This document shows positions 9,963-23,258 of a stretch of 64,000 nt of DNA, one piece after another. This DNA comes from an uncultured Chthonomonadaceae bacterium (GTDB lineage Bacteria; Armatimonadota; Chthonomonadetes; Chthonomonadales; Chthonomonadaceae): contig CAWFQB010000005.1 of NCBI GenBank assembly GCA_963817895.1, positions 96,001 to 160,000 on the forward strand. Direction: 5' to 3'. The position numbers and the translations under genes are program-made. The stretch's first letter is position 1; every line of letters begins with the position of its first letter. The notes under the pieces are model-generated. The model saw nothing but the letters and a program-made list of their open reading frames with translations. It was not told the DNA's origin and did not search any database.

Positions 9963-11921
9963 TCACTCTACCGTCACACTCTTCGCCAGATTGCGCGGCT
10001 GGTCTATTTCGCAGCCCCGGACACGGGCGACGTGGTAGGCGAGTAATTGCATCGAAACCATGGTGACAATCGGCATCAGGGCGTCGTGGGTGTTGGGAAC
10101 CGTGATGATCTGGTCGGCGCAATCGGGGGCTTCCTGCCCTTCGCGTATTACCGTAATAATAGTTCCTTCCCGCGCTTTTACCTCTTTGAGGTTGCTGACC
10201 ATTTTTTCATGCGTCGCCGTTTGGGTGCAGAAACCGACAACCGCCACGCCCGGTTCCACAAGGGCGAGTGGCCCATGCTTCATCTCTCCCGCCGGGTACG
10301 CTTCCGCGTGAAGGTAGGAAATCTCTTTCAGTTTGAGCGCGGCCTCCAATGCGGCGGCGAAATCGTACCCGCGTCCCAGATAAAAGTAGCTGTGATGCTG
10401 CGATAGCGACTCGGCCATAGACGCGATGTATGAGTCCTGCGTCAGACACTGCTCAATCAAGTTCGGCAGTTCGCGCAGGGCGGAAATAAGTTCAGCGTTC
10501 AGCATGGAGGAGTGAGCGTTGAGCGCAGAAGTTGTTTCTCCTTGTCTCCCTATCTCCCTGTCTCCCTGTCTCTCCTCTTCCCTCAACTGCGCCAGATACA
10601 GGCCGAGCAGCGTCAATGCCGTCAATTGGGCGAGATAGGCTTTGGTGCTGGCGACGCCGATTTCCGGGCCGGCCTGCGTGAGCAGAATCGCGTCGGCGTC
10701 ACGGGCGAGTGTGCTGCCCACGACATTAACGACGGCAAGGGTTGTCGCGCCTTTGGCTTTGGCTTCGCGCATCGCCGCGAGGGTATCCGCCGTTTCGCCG
10801 GATTGTGAAATCAGGATAACAAGCGTTTCCGCATCCACAAGCGGGTCGCTGTAACGGAACTCGCTCGCAACGCTGGCTTCTACCGGGCGGCGCAATAGCT
10901 GCTCAAACAGGCGCTTGCCGACTACGCCCGCATGATAGGCAGTGCCGCAGCCCACAATCGCGATCCGCCGGAACTTCTCCCAATCGGCAGACGTGAAGGC
11001 AATGCCGGGTAAGGAGATGCTGCCCGTATCGTTCAAGCGTCCGCGCAATGTGTCTCGAACTGTGCGCGGCCCCTCGTAAATCTCTTTCAGCATGAAGTGG
11101 GCAAAACCGCCCTTTTCCGCAGCCGCATCGTCCCACGTCACCTCCAGCGGAACGCGATTTACAGGTTCGCCAATCGCGTTTGTCACTTCAACCGTATCCG
11201 GCGTCAGAATCGCGAAATCGCCGTCCTGAAGCAGAATCACGCGGCGGGTATAGCGCATCACGGCGGGAATATCGGACGCCAGAAAATTCTCGCCCTCGCC
11301 CAATCCAATCACGAGCGGCGAATCTTTGCGAGCAACGAAAACCGTGTCCGGCGCATCCTGCGAAATCACCGCAATCGCATACGACCCGGTCACGCGCATC
11401 AGGGCGCGTCGGATGGCAGAAGGGATGAGGGATGAGGGATGAGGGATGAGGGATGAATCCTTTTCTTCACTCTCCTCTTCTCCTTTTCTCCTTTTCTCCT
11501 TTTCTTCTTCAAGCGTAGCGCCGATAAGGTGCGCCAGAACTTCCGTATCGGTTTCGGACGTGAAGACGATGCCCTGCGCGATCAGTTCGCGGCGCAGTTC
11601 GGCGTAGTTTTCGATGATGCCGTTATGCACGACGGCGAGGCGCCCCGTGCTGTCGCGGTGCGGGTGCGCGTTGGCTTCGCTCGGGCGGCCATGCGTGGCC
11701 CATCGGGTGTGGGCAATGGCGACATGGGACTCGTGGGGTGTTGATTCCAGAGCGCGTTCCAGATTAACGATTTTACCCACCGCGCGCACGATCTGAATTT
11801 TGGAGCAGTTAGGGTACGCGATACCCGACGAGTCGTAGCCGCGATATTCCAGCCGCTTCAAATTCGTCAGCGCGGTTTCCACCGCCGCGCCATGCCCCAC
11901 ATAACCGGTAATTCCACACAT
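9963..11921 (-). CDS. glmS: Glutamine--fructose-6-phosphate transaminase with two repeat-derived in-frame inserts
   Basis: MCGI start, EYRGYDS, HTRWATHG, HNGIIEN, SQSGETADT, PRNLAKSVTVE. Confidence 0.98.
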   Translation of the reverse strand: MCGITGYVGHGAAVETALTNLKRLEYRGYDSSGIAYPNCSKIQIVRAVGKIVNLERALESTPHESHVAIAHTRWATHGRPSEANAHPHRDSTGRLAVVHNGIIENYAELRRELIAQGIVFTSETDTEVLAHLIGATLEEEKEKRRKGEEESEEKDSSLIPHPSSLIPSAIRRALMRVTGSYAIAVISQDAPDTVFVARKDSPLVIGLGEGENFLASDIPAVMRYTRRVILLQDGDFAILTPDTVEVTNAIGEPVNRVPLEVTWDDAAAEKGGFAHFMLKEIYEGPRTVRDTLRGRLNDTGSISLPGIAFTSADWEKFRRIAIVGCGTAYHAGVVGKRLFEQLLRRPVEASVASEFRYSDPLVDAETLVILISQSGETADTLAAMREAKAKGATTLAVVNVVGSTLARDADAILLTQAGPEIGVASTKAYLAQLTALTLLGLYLAQLREEERQGDREIGRQGETTSALNAHSSMLNAELISALRELPNLIEQCLTQDSYIASMAESLSQHHSYFYLGRGYDFAAALEAALKLKEISYLHAEAYPAGEMKHGPLALVEPGVAVVGFCTQTATHEKMVSNLKEVKAREGTIITVIREGQEAPDCADQIITVPNTHDALMPIVTMVSMQLLAYHVARVRGCEIDQPRNLAKSVTVE

Positions 11922-11942
11922 AGTACGGTTTCCTTATAGTTG

Positions 11943-12064
11943 AGGTTGTTAGGTTGCTAGGTTGTTAGGTTGTTAGTTGAATAGGTCATAGCCTTGTTGC
12001 GTAAAAGCGCATAGAATGTTCTTGCGTTATCCTAAACACCTAACAACCTAACAACTAACAACCT
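11943..12064. repeat. Inverted tandem-array hairpin, unit GGTTGTTA/TAACAACC
   Basis: Arms at 11943-11978 and 12031-12064. Confidence 0.9.
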
Positions 12065-12068
12065 GTAT

Positions 12069-12971
12069 TCATGACGTTTTCCCTGCCGTGTTGTGACGGT
12101 TTAAGGCGGCTTCAAAGACAAAGGTGGTTCCCCGGCGTTTCAGGCGTTCGGCCAGCGTCGCCAACTCCTCGCGCTGCGCGTCCGTGAGCGTGTCCGTGAC
12201 CAGTCGCACGGTTTTGCCGTCGAGGGTTGCGCCGCCGAAACTCCACGGATGCCGCTTGCCCAATTTCGTGCTGTCGGCGGCGATAACCACTTCCGGCACG
12301 TTGACGAGCAGTTGTTTGAGGAACGCGGCTTCTTCGGCGCGGTGCGAATACAGGTCGAGCATCCCCTGCGTCGCACTGCTGAACAGAACGCCGCTCGCGC
12401 CGCAGATCGCTACTCCGGGCTGAAACGCGCTGTGGAATTCCGGGGTGTGAAAGGCGCAATCATCGGCAACGTAGATTTCGCCCAACACGCCCGCCGACAG
12501 CCCGCCCGCCACCAATTCCAGCAGGGAGGGAACGCTGTTGGTAAAGACAATCAGGTTGTGGGGCGGTTCGCCCTCGACATGGGAGCGACGCATCTCCTGC
12601 GCAACCGCATACGTGGTGCTGCCCGCCGTGAGCGCGACCGCCATATCATCCGGCAGCGAGCAGACAATCGCGCAGGCAATCGCCTGTTTGCTGTTGGCAT
12701 TGCGTCCAAGCTGATCGGTGAAGTAGCCGGGACTGTAGCCGGAACGCGCCACCATCACCCGACTCCGCCGCACTTCCAGCCCATTGACGCGCTGTAGCAA
12801 TTTCTGAAGATGATCCAGATCGCGGCGAATGGTGCGGGCGTCACAATGCAGGGCAGCGGCAAGCGCGTCCAGTTCCTGCGCTTCGTCGGTTTCGGACAGC
12901 AGTTCCATCAGGCGCATACGGCGCGAGTCAGCCTGTTCTGCCATTGGGTTTTCCTCCATTGGGATAAGCAA
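12069..12971 (-). CDS. DeoR-family regulator upstream of glmS (GlmR-like position)
   Basis: HTH LAAALHCDARTIRRDL, K.AIA, AGSTT, VFTNS, ADSTKLG. Confidence 0.88.
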   Translation of the reverse strand: MLIPMEENPMAEQADSRRMRLMELLSETDEAQELDALAAALHCDARTIRRDLDHLQKLLQRVNGLEVRRSRVMVARSGYSPGYFTDQLGRNANSKQAIACAIVCSLPDDMAVALTAGSTTYAVAQEMRRSHVEGEPPHNLIVFTNSVPSLLELVAGGLSAGVLGEIYVADDCAFHTPEFHSAFQPGVAICGASGVLFSSATQGMLDLYSHRAEEAAFLKQLLVNVPEVVIAADSTKLGKRHPWSFGGATLDGKTVRLVTDTLTDAQREELATLAERLKRRGTTFVFEAALNRHNTAGKTS

Positions 12972-13034
12972 CGATGCAAATGGAAACGATTGGAGTGGTT
13001 CCTGTGGGGCGGATACGCGACAAACCTATAGTTC

Positions 13035-13063
13035 ATTATGGCAGTTGAAGGACACAATATCAA
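13035..13063 (-). promoter_or_regulatory. Sigma70-type promoter for deoR-glmS
   Basis: TTGATA-N17-CATAAT on the minus strand. Confidence 0.6.
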
Positions 13064-13141
13064 GAGCAATGGACACTATTTCCGCAAAATATGACAGAAA
13101 TGTTCAAGCTAAGGGTAGATTGGTGACGAGAAAAATTGCTC

Positions 13142-13170
13142 TTGACAGTTGGCGCAGAATTCTCTACAAT
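13142..13170 (+). promoter_or_regulatory. Sigma70-type promoter for the amidase
   Basis: TTGACA-N17-TACAAT. Confidence 0.75.
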
Positions 13171-13235
13171 GCAATGGGTAGTCACAATGAAGATGTGGCG
13201 CGGGCATCGGAGCCGAAGGCGCGAACAACGCGGGA

Positions 13236-14003
13236 ATGAGGCGGAACGTGAGCGGTGAAGGGACTCGTAAGCGGAAACGGGGAGGGCGGCTGCGACGCAG
13301 ACGCCTGTTATTGCTGCTGTCCGGGGCAAGCTGCGGGCTGCTGCTAATTTTAGGCATTGGCAGACGCCTGCTGCATCACGAGCCGCCCGCGCCCCCTCCA
13401 CTGCCGCCCGCGCCCCCTCCACTGCCGCCGGTTGTCGCCCTGCCCGAACCGCTCGGCCCGCCCGGAATTGTGATTCACCATTCCGAATCTCCCGCTGTGT
13501 ATCACGGCGTCAAAATGAACGCCGCTCGACTGGAAGCGATTCACCACGAGGAACACCCGGACTGGAAAACGGAGTATCAGGGCAAAACCTACTACATCGG
13601 GTACCACTATGTTATTTTGCCGGACGGCACTGTCGAAACGGGCCGGCCCGAAGGGTGTGTTGGTTCCCATGCCCGTTCGCATAACGATTGGCTCGGTATT
13701 TGTCTGATTGGCGGCTTTCAAACCGATAATCACTGGTTCCCCGAAACCCCGACCAAGCCGCAGATGAAAGCGCTTGTCGCTCTATGCGAACATCTCATGT
13801 CGAAGTACCACATTCCGCCCGAACTGGTGAAGCGGCATCGCGACATCAACGATACATGGTGTCCCGGTGACCGCTTCCCCTACAACAAATTAATCAGGGA
13901 ACTGCAAACCTACGCTGCCGCGCACCCGGAAACCAGGCCAATTCCCGGCAGAATAGTCTCTCTGGAACATCCCCCGCCCCCCGGAAGAAAGAAAAAAGGC
14001 TGA
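13236..14003 (+). CDS. N-acetylmuramoyl-L-alanine amidase (Amidase_2), membrane anchored
   Basis: IVIHHS, IGYHYVI..DG..E.GR, GSHA, IGICLIG, HRD....CPG; Pro-rich linker. Confidence 0.92.
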   Translation: MRRNVSGEGTRKRKRGGRLRRRRLLLLLSGASCGLLLILGIGRRLLHHEPPAPPPLPPAPPPLPPVVALPEPLGPPGIVIHHSESPAVYHGVKMNAARLEAIHHEEHPDWKTEYQGKTYYIGYHYVILPDGTVETGRPEGCVGSHARSHNDWLGICLIGGFQTDNHWFPETPTKPQMKALVALCEHLMSKYHIPPELVKRHRDINDTWCPGDRFPYNKLIRELQTYAAAHPETRPIPGRIVSLEHPPPPGRKKKG

Positions 14004-14087
14004 AAGTTGATTGTTGGCGTGAACCTTGCTTACCGATTGCGTCACTAAAGCCTATTACATCATCAAGGGTGAAGGGTAGGGTGCGTT

Positions 14088-14187
14088 GTAGGGGTTCTGC
14101 TTGCTGAACCCTCCTCAACAAGCGGAACTCTCCTCAAACAAAGGCGCAGTAAGTAGCTATATTGGGCGCAGCAAGCAACGCCCCTAC
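14088..14187. repeat. GTAG-type REP inverted doublet
   Basis: GTAGGGGTTCTGCTTGCTGAACCC ... GGGCGCAGCAAGCAACGCCCCTAC. Confidence 0.75.
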
Positions 14188-15049
14188 CTGTGTAACTTGT
14201 AGGCGCAGCAGGAACAGGATGGGGCAACTATGAAAATCGCGGCAGCCGTTTGCGCAGTGGTGGCAGGAATGACCTGTATGGCATTGTGGGTTTTACAGAG
14301 TCGCGGCATTCGCAGTTTTGCTCTGGTCCGGCAGGCTTTTCCACGAACGCGCCGCGCTTCGCCTGCTCCTTCCCCGGCGCCCATTCACTCACAAACCGTT
14401 CCGTTTCAGCCGCAATCTGTTCGCTTGCCGGACAACACGCGCGTTGAACTGCAAGCCATCACATGGGGCAACCGGCACCGCTTTCAAACAACGGAATACG
14501 ACCCGCAGCCCGTCCTTCCGAATGATCCGCAGCCCACAAATATAGATGCGCTCGGATTGTGGATCAAAGTAACGCGCGATCCGCAGGGCGCGAACCCGCG
14601 TGCCGGCCTGTACCCACGCGCAATACGCATTTACGATGATAGGGGACAAGAGGCGATGGTATGTGAACCAATGACAACGGTTCAGCCCCTGCCTGATGCC
14701 TCGCATTTGATATGTTTGAGGGCGTATCCGCGCCGGTCGAGAGAAATCGTCGTGGAAGCGGATTATGATAGCCGCGCGCCCACGCGATTTCACATTCCCA
14801 ATCCTCAGATAGCCTCGTCACCGAAGCAGACTCCAAAATCCTTGCCATGCGCAAAACAAGACGGAGAACTGGAAGTCACTCTGGATGGTCTGCATCCTGT
14901 ACCTTCTCTCATGGCGTGGTCGGGGCCACAGGAGCGGCTGGATACGATCCTGCGAATGAAGAAGCTGGACACGCTGGCCGCGTTTCACTATCGCTATCAG
15001 GGACAGGTGGACACGAAGTGGACGCCTGCCGCCGCGCTTAACCTGATTA

Positions 15050-16111
15050 GATACTCCGACAAATAAGTTTGGATTTATTCTTGGCGCGGGTAGAATAGAC
15101 GTATGAACCTTCACGAACTTGGCCGCTATCCCGAAAACAAAGTCCGTTCGCTCTTCGGACTACCCCACGCCGCCTTAGCTGAACTCTTCCTGGCAGCGCT
15201 TCCCGAAATCGAGCGCCGTCGCCAACAAGAACAGGCCAACAAGCCCACGCGCCGCCGCAAGGTGGGAGGCGGCCGCAAACGCCTGCTCAAGCCCTACCAG
15301 GAAGTGTTGCTGACGCTGCTGTACCTGCGCCACAACGTCGCCTTCTCTGTGGTGGGCATGCTGTTTGGCGTCAGCGCCGATGTGGCGGAGAACACCTTCC
15401 ATGAGATTGTCGGCGTCCTCAAAGACGTGTGTCCGGCCAACCGCTGGGAAGCGGAGAAACGCTGGACCAAGAAAGAACCCTCCTGGAAGCCCGAGGAGGT
15501 GGATCAGGTGATTGTGGATAGTTTCGAGACGCCGGTTCCGCGTCCCTCGATTGAACCCAAGCAACGCGCCTTCTACTCGGGCAAGAAGAAAGACCACACG
15601 CTCAAGACCGAGGTCATCACCAACCGCAATGGCGACATTCTTGATGTGGATGCGGGCTATCGCGGCCCGAAGTCGGACAAGAAAGTGCATGAGCAGAGTA
15701 CGGTTGCCAAGCAGTTTCCCCATGCGACGGTCAAAGGCGATCTGGCCTATCAAGGCTTACCCCACAGCGAAGTGCCGCACAAGAAGCCACGCGGAGGCGC
15801 GTTGAGCGCTGTGCAGAAAGAAGAGAACCGCGCCTTTTCCTCAGGGCGTGTGCGTGTCGAACATAGTATCCGGCGCGTCAAAGCGTTTCGGATGGTGCGT
15901 GATGAATATCGTCTGGCGACGGGATTGTTCCGTCGCACTTGCTTCTGTGTGGTGGGTCTGGTGCAATTGATCGCGCTGACACGCGAGCCGCAAGGCGCGT
16001 AAGCCGGGAAAAGTAAACGCGGAAAAAGGGTTTTCGACGGGTGGAGTGTGTCTGCTCCACCTGAGCGCTAGCCTGCCTCAAAACAGCCTATATACTATTT
16101 GTCGGAGTATC
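15050..16111 (+). mobile_element. IS5-superfamily (ISL2/DDE_Tnp_4-like) insertion sequence, 1062 bp
   Basis: Perfect TIR GATACTCCGACAAATA; TA target duplication. Confidence 0.9.
15103..16002 (+). CDS. Transposase (HTH_Tnp_4 + DDE_Tnp_4 type)
   Basis: GGGRK..L, LTL.YLR, IVDSFE, YSGKKK.HTLK, GDLAYQG, RVRVEHSI. Confidence 0.92.
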   Translation: MNLHELGRYPENKVRSLFGLPHAALAELFLAALPEIERRRQQEQANKPTRRRKVGGGRKRLLKPYQEVLLTLLYLRHNVAFSVVGMLFGVSADVAENTFHEIVGVLKDVCPANRWEAEKRWTKKEPSWKPEEVDQVIVDSFETPVPRPSIEPKQRAFYSGKKKDHTLKTEVITNRNGDILDVDAGYRGPKSDKKVHEQSTVAKQFPHATVKGDLAYQGLPHSEVPHKKPRGGALSAVQKEENRAFSSGRVRVEHSIRRVKAFRMVRDEYRLATGLFRRTCFCVVGLVQLIALTREPQGA

Positions 16112-16804
16112 TAATACATACATGGCAAGTGAGCGGGCGCTGTATCCCAACAATCAGGATGATGGCACGGGAAGAGGCGTTTACAAAGGCGTACAATACT
16201 ATCAGGCGGATGATGGCGAACCGCTGACATTGGGCGTCTGGTTTTACCGCGTTGCCGAAGCCGACTTCGCGCCCGAAGAGCAGGCCACAATTGCTAATGT
16301 ACACTACGCGCCGCAGGCGCGCGTTGATTACGGGGCGGCGAAGGCGCGATGGCACGGCACAAACCTACAGGTGCAGGAGATACGCGAATGTGAATGTGTG
16401 GGAACGCGAACATGTCTGGAAGTTCATGCGGCAGGACTGCCGCCGCACACCCAATTGCTGCTGCAGGCTCGTGACGAACATGGCGCAATGGCTCAGGGCG
16501 TTGTCGGACTGACGCCCCATAGCAAATGGATACCCGGCAACGCGCTCCGTGACCCTGAAATTATAAATGGTCGCCCTGTGACAAATTCTTCCTACCAGCG
16601 TATCCAATTCCTGATGGATTTACCACCCGGCGCGTCAACTTTGACGCTGACATTTGCCATCAATCAGGCGCATTATCTGGAATTCACGCCGCCGTCAACG
16701 ATCAAAGCGACAGGGCGGGCAATTGTATCGCGTTGATAGAACATAGATCGTCTTAGCGCGCCGCGCCTGCCTGTTTGAACATGATAATGTGTTTCCATGC
16801 TGAG

Positions 16805-17422
16805 TTAATATCTGGCTCCCTGTTTCGCCAGATAATTAGCAATCTCACCGTGTCCCATCACGCTTGCGTTTACGAATGGAGTTGCATTGCAGGCGTCAGG
16901 CGCGTTGATATCCGCGCCGTGTTCAACGAGGAACTGCACGTTTTCCAGCGCGCCGCTCCGGCAGGCTAATGTGAGCGCGGTTTCTCCCCGACGGTTGCGC
17001 AGATTGACGTTGGCATGATGCTCGACAAGGGCGTGAATAATGGCGACAAAGTTGCCGCTGTTGCCGCGTGACGGATCGTTGGTAAAGCGGGCGGCGAACA
17101 TCACCGGCGTATCCCCTTCGGGCGTGGCAAGGTCGGGATTTGCGCCGTACTTCAGCAGCAAGCGCGTGGTTTCCACGGAACCGACTGCCGACGCGGTACA
17201 AAGCGCGGGAAATCCTTCCGCTCCCCTGACATTGGGACTACAGCCCATTTGCAGCGCCTGCTCGACGCGGGGCGAATTGGCGCAGTCAATCCACATCCAC
17301 ACCTCGCGGCCATGCCAGCGACAATACAGACTGTAACAAAAGAGCATCAGGAAAAACGCGCATACGCCGCCCGCGCAGGCGAGCGCTTTGCGTATGGGAG
17401 CCGATAATCTTCGCAGGCGCAT
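16805..17422 (-). CDS. Ankyrin-repeat protein with N-terminal TM helix
   Basis: Repeated G.T(A/P)L..A / LL..GA..N units. Confidence 0.9.
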   Translation of the reverse strand: MRLRRLSAPIRKALACAGGVCAFFLMLFCYSLYCRWHGREVWMWIDCANSPRVEQALQMGCSPNVRGAEGFPALCTASAVGSVETTRLLLKYGANPDLATPEGDTPVMFAARFTNDPSRGNSGNFVAIIHALVEHHANVNLRNRRGETALTLACRSGALENVQFLVEHGADINAPDACNATPFVNASVMGHGEIANYLAKQGARY

Positions 17423-17434
17423 AAATAATCTCCT

Positions 17435-18296
17435 TTACGAACTCCGCAGCCGGGATAAAAACTGCTCGAAATTGTGCTGGGGTTCGTAGCCCAGCGCTTC
17501 GGTGGCTTTGGTAATGTCGTATCGCGTGTGGAGGTGGGGAACGCGCAGGTTGTGGTGGGCCAGCAGTTCGGTTGCGCCCGGATAATAGCGTTCGACGACG
17601 CTCATTGGGTCGTTCGCCAGTTCGGGCCAGTCCTCATCCACAAAGGGCTTGGCGCTCTCAATGAGAAACGTTTCGCATTTGAACTCTTCCGCTACGATTG
17701 CGCCCAGCGCCAGTTCGTTGGCCTGCGCCACGTCCTCGCGGTCCAGCCAGTTATCCAACCGCCCCATGCCCGCCGCTTTCCAATCGGCGGGCATAAACAT
17801 GCCGTAGCGCAGAATGGCGATGCGAAATCCGTGCGCGCGGGCATAATAGCGGCACATCTCCTCGCTCATATGCTTGGTCAGCGGGTAGATGTGCGTGGGA
17901 ACGCAGGCGACGTTCTCATCCATCACGCGAATTCCCCGCATCCCTTCCCCATACACCTGATCCGTTGACGAATACACCAGATTTGGAATTTGATGCAGCA
18001 GCATGGCGCGTAAAATGTTGTGCGTTCCCGTGACATTGACGCTGTAGTAATCGTCCATGTTACGCGAATCCGCCGACGCGGAATGGAACGCGACGGCATG
18101 AATGCACGGCGTCGCAGCCCTGCATGGCGTGGGTGACGGCAGCCGCGTCGCGTATGTCGGCCTGAATGCTGACGCTGCCTTCCGGGGCAAACATCGGTTC
18201 CAGATCGAACAGCACCAGTTGATGCCCCGAACTCAGCAGACGCGGAATTAGCGCAAGTGGAAAGTTGCCCCGCGCCCCCGTAATCAGTATTTTCAT
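17435..18296 (-). CDS. NAD-dependent epimerase/dehydratase (frameshift near 18100)
   Basis: MKILITGARG in one frame; NVTGT.N, YSST, YPLTK in another. Confidence 0.85.
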
Positions 18297-18572
18297 AACT
18301 TTTCCTTCCGAACACCCAACGCCCGACGCTCACCGCCGAATATACCTTTAATCCTACCTGTCATTGTAGTACGTATCGCGTTTCAGGTCAAGCGTTTTCA
18401 TGAAAATAGTCTGTATCGCGTAGAAAGCCCCACACGAGCGACACGAATTTAATGTAAGCGCGTATGATATAGCGGCGCGGGCAACTACAGAAAGACGCGA
18501 TCAGAAAAAGATCGAAGCGTAGCGACTGCCTGATGCTCTTCAATAATATAATCTGCCAATTACGAAAAAATC

Positions 18573-19505
18573 GTGGATAATAACATTGTGAAACCAGATG
18601 AATCATTTCCAAGTCGTCCCCCCCTCGCTTCCGGTTTGGACGCGCTTAATTCCGTCTCGCATGACGCCGCTTTAGATGCGCTGGCGCAGGCCATTGCCGG
18701 GGAGGAAGCGGCGATTGATATTGCGCTGTCAGCCCTGCTCATAGCTGTAGACCACTATCCCCGGCTGGATGTTGCCGCCTACCAACGGCAGTTGGACATT
18801 CTGGCGTGCGAAGCCGGACAACGAATCGGTAAAACGCGCCGCCCCGAACAGATTATCGAAACCCTGAACGCCTATCTTTTTGAAGAGCAGGGCTTTTCAG
18901 GCAATGCTGAAGACTACTACAATCCCGCCAACAGTTTTCTTCACGAGGTTCTGGATACGCGCCGGGGACTGCCGATTACTCTGAGCATCGTGTACATGGC
19001 GGTGGCGCTGCGATTGGGCCTTTCGGTCAGCGGGGTCGGTTTACCGCTGCATTTCATCGCGCGCTACGATCCCCCTCCGCAATCCGGCAACGCGGCCCCA
19101 ATTCTCATTGACCCATTTCACGGCGGCGAAATCCTCACGCCCGAAGGCTGCCGGGAACGCATCGAGAGTGTTCTGGGACACGCGATTGTGTTTGACCCCG
19201 CGTATTTGCAGCCCACTCCCAAACGCCTTATTTTGTACCGCTTGCTGAACAATCTGAAACAGGTTTACGTGCAGCGCGAAGAGCCGGCAAAAGCGGGGCG
19301 CGTTGTGGAACAGATGCTTGTCGTCGCGCCCGACAGCGTGGAGGACATTCGTGACCGGGGGCTGCTGTTTTTACAGGACCGCGCCTATGCCCGCGCCATA
19401 AACTGGCTGACGCGCTATCTGGAACGCCTGCCCGACGCTGAAGACGCCACCCCGGTACAGCGCGCCATTCAGCAGGCGTATATTTTGCGGGCGCAGTTGA
19501 ATTAG
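18573..19505 (+). CDS. SirB1/transglutaminase-like protein with TPR
   Basis: GFSGN..DYY.P.NSFL..VL..RRGLPITL, GVGLP.HF, IDPF, RDRGL. Confidence 0.9.
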   Translation: MDNNIVKPDESFPSRPPLASGLDALNSVSHDAALDALAQAIAGEEAAIDIALSALLIAVDHYPRLDVAAYQRQLDILACEAGQRIGKTRRPEQIIETLNAYLFEEQGFSGNAEDYYNPANSFLHEVLDTRRGLPITLSIVYMAVALRLGLSVSGVGLPLHFIARYDPPPQSGNAAPILIDPFHGGEILTPEGCRERIESVLGHAIVFDPAYLQPTPKRLILYRLLNNLKQVYVQREEPAKAGRVVEQMLVVAPDSVEDIRDRGLLFLQDRAYARAINWLTRYLERLPDAEDATPVQRAIQQAYILRAQLN

Positions 19506-19614
19506 GTTGTTAGGTTGTTAGGTTGTTAGTTGTTAGGCCGTCAAGTTCTATGTTCTGGTTGAACGAATTTAATGAATCCTAACTAACAACTTAACAACTA
19601 ACAACCTAACAACT
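19503..19614. repeat. Inverted tandem-array hairpin, unit GGTTGTTA/TAACAACC
   Basis: Begins at the TAG stop of the upstream gene; arms 19503-19537 and 19578-19614. Confidence 0.9.
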
Positions 19615-19633
19615 CGGAAGCGGGGTATCCCAA

Positions 19634-23097
<3,464 letters not shown>

Positions 23098-23103
<6 letters not shown>

Positions 23104-23239
23104 ACCATGATTAGGCATGATTTAAATGATTGCCATGATCCCTGATGGAAGATAAACCGCGTGATTAAAGGACGGCTGTAAGAAACGCGCCTCCTCAATC
23201 ATGTTAATCATCTAAATCATGCCTAATCATGGTTCAAGA
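23098..23239. repeat. Inverted element built from CATGATT-based units (family C)
   Basis: 42-nt arms with 39 matches; second copy at 51588-51727. Confidence 0.88.
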
Positions 23240-23258
23240 CAAAGATACAGGGTGACGT

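Larger units (their letters stand above)
14230..16736 (+). pseudogene. Hypothetical membrane-anchored protein (480 aa) split by an IS
   Basis: Removing 15050-16111 and one TA gives ctg att aat aca tac atg gca, which fuses both ORFs in frame. Confidence 0.85.

Noticed and set aside
10493..11510. Inteins or introns in glmS
   Set aside because: The inserts are about 30 aa of low-complexity tandem DNA without splicing motifs
11922..12068. glmS ribozyme
   Set aside because: The region is filled by the GGTTGTTA hairpin and no ribozyme core is recognisable
13383..13429. 21-bp direct repeat in the amidase
   Set aside because: Ordinary in-frame duplication of a proline linker
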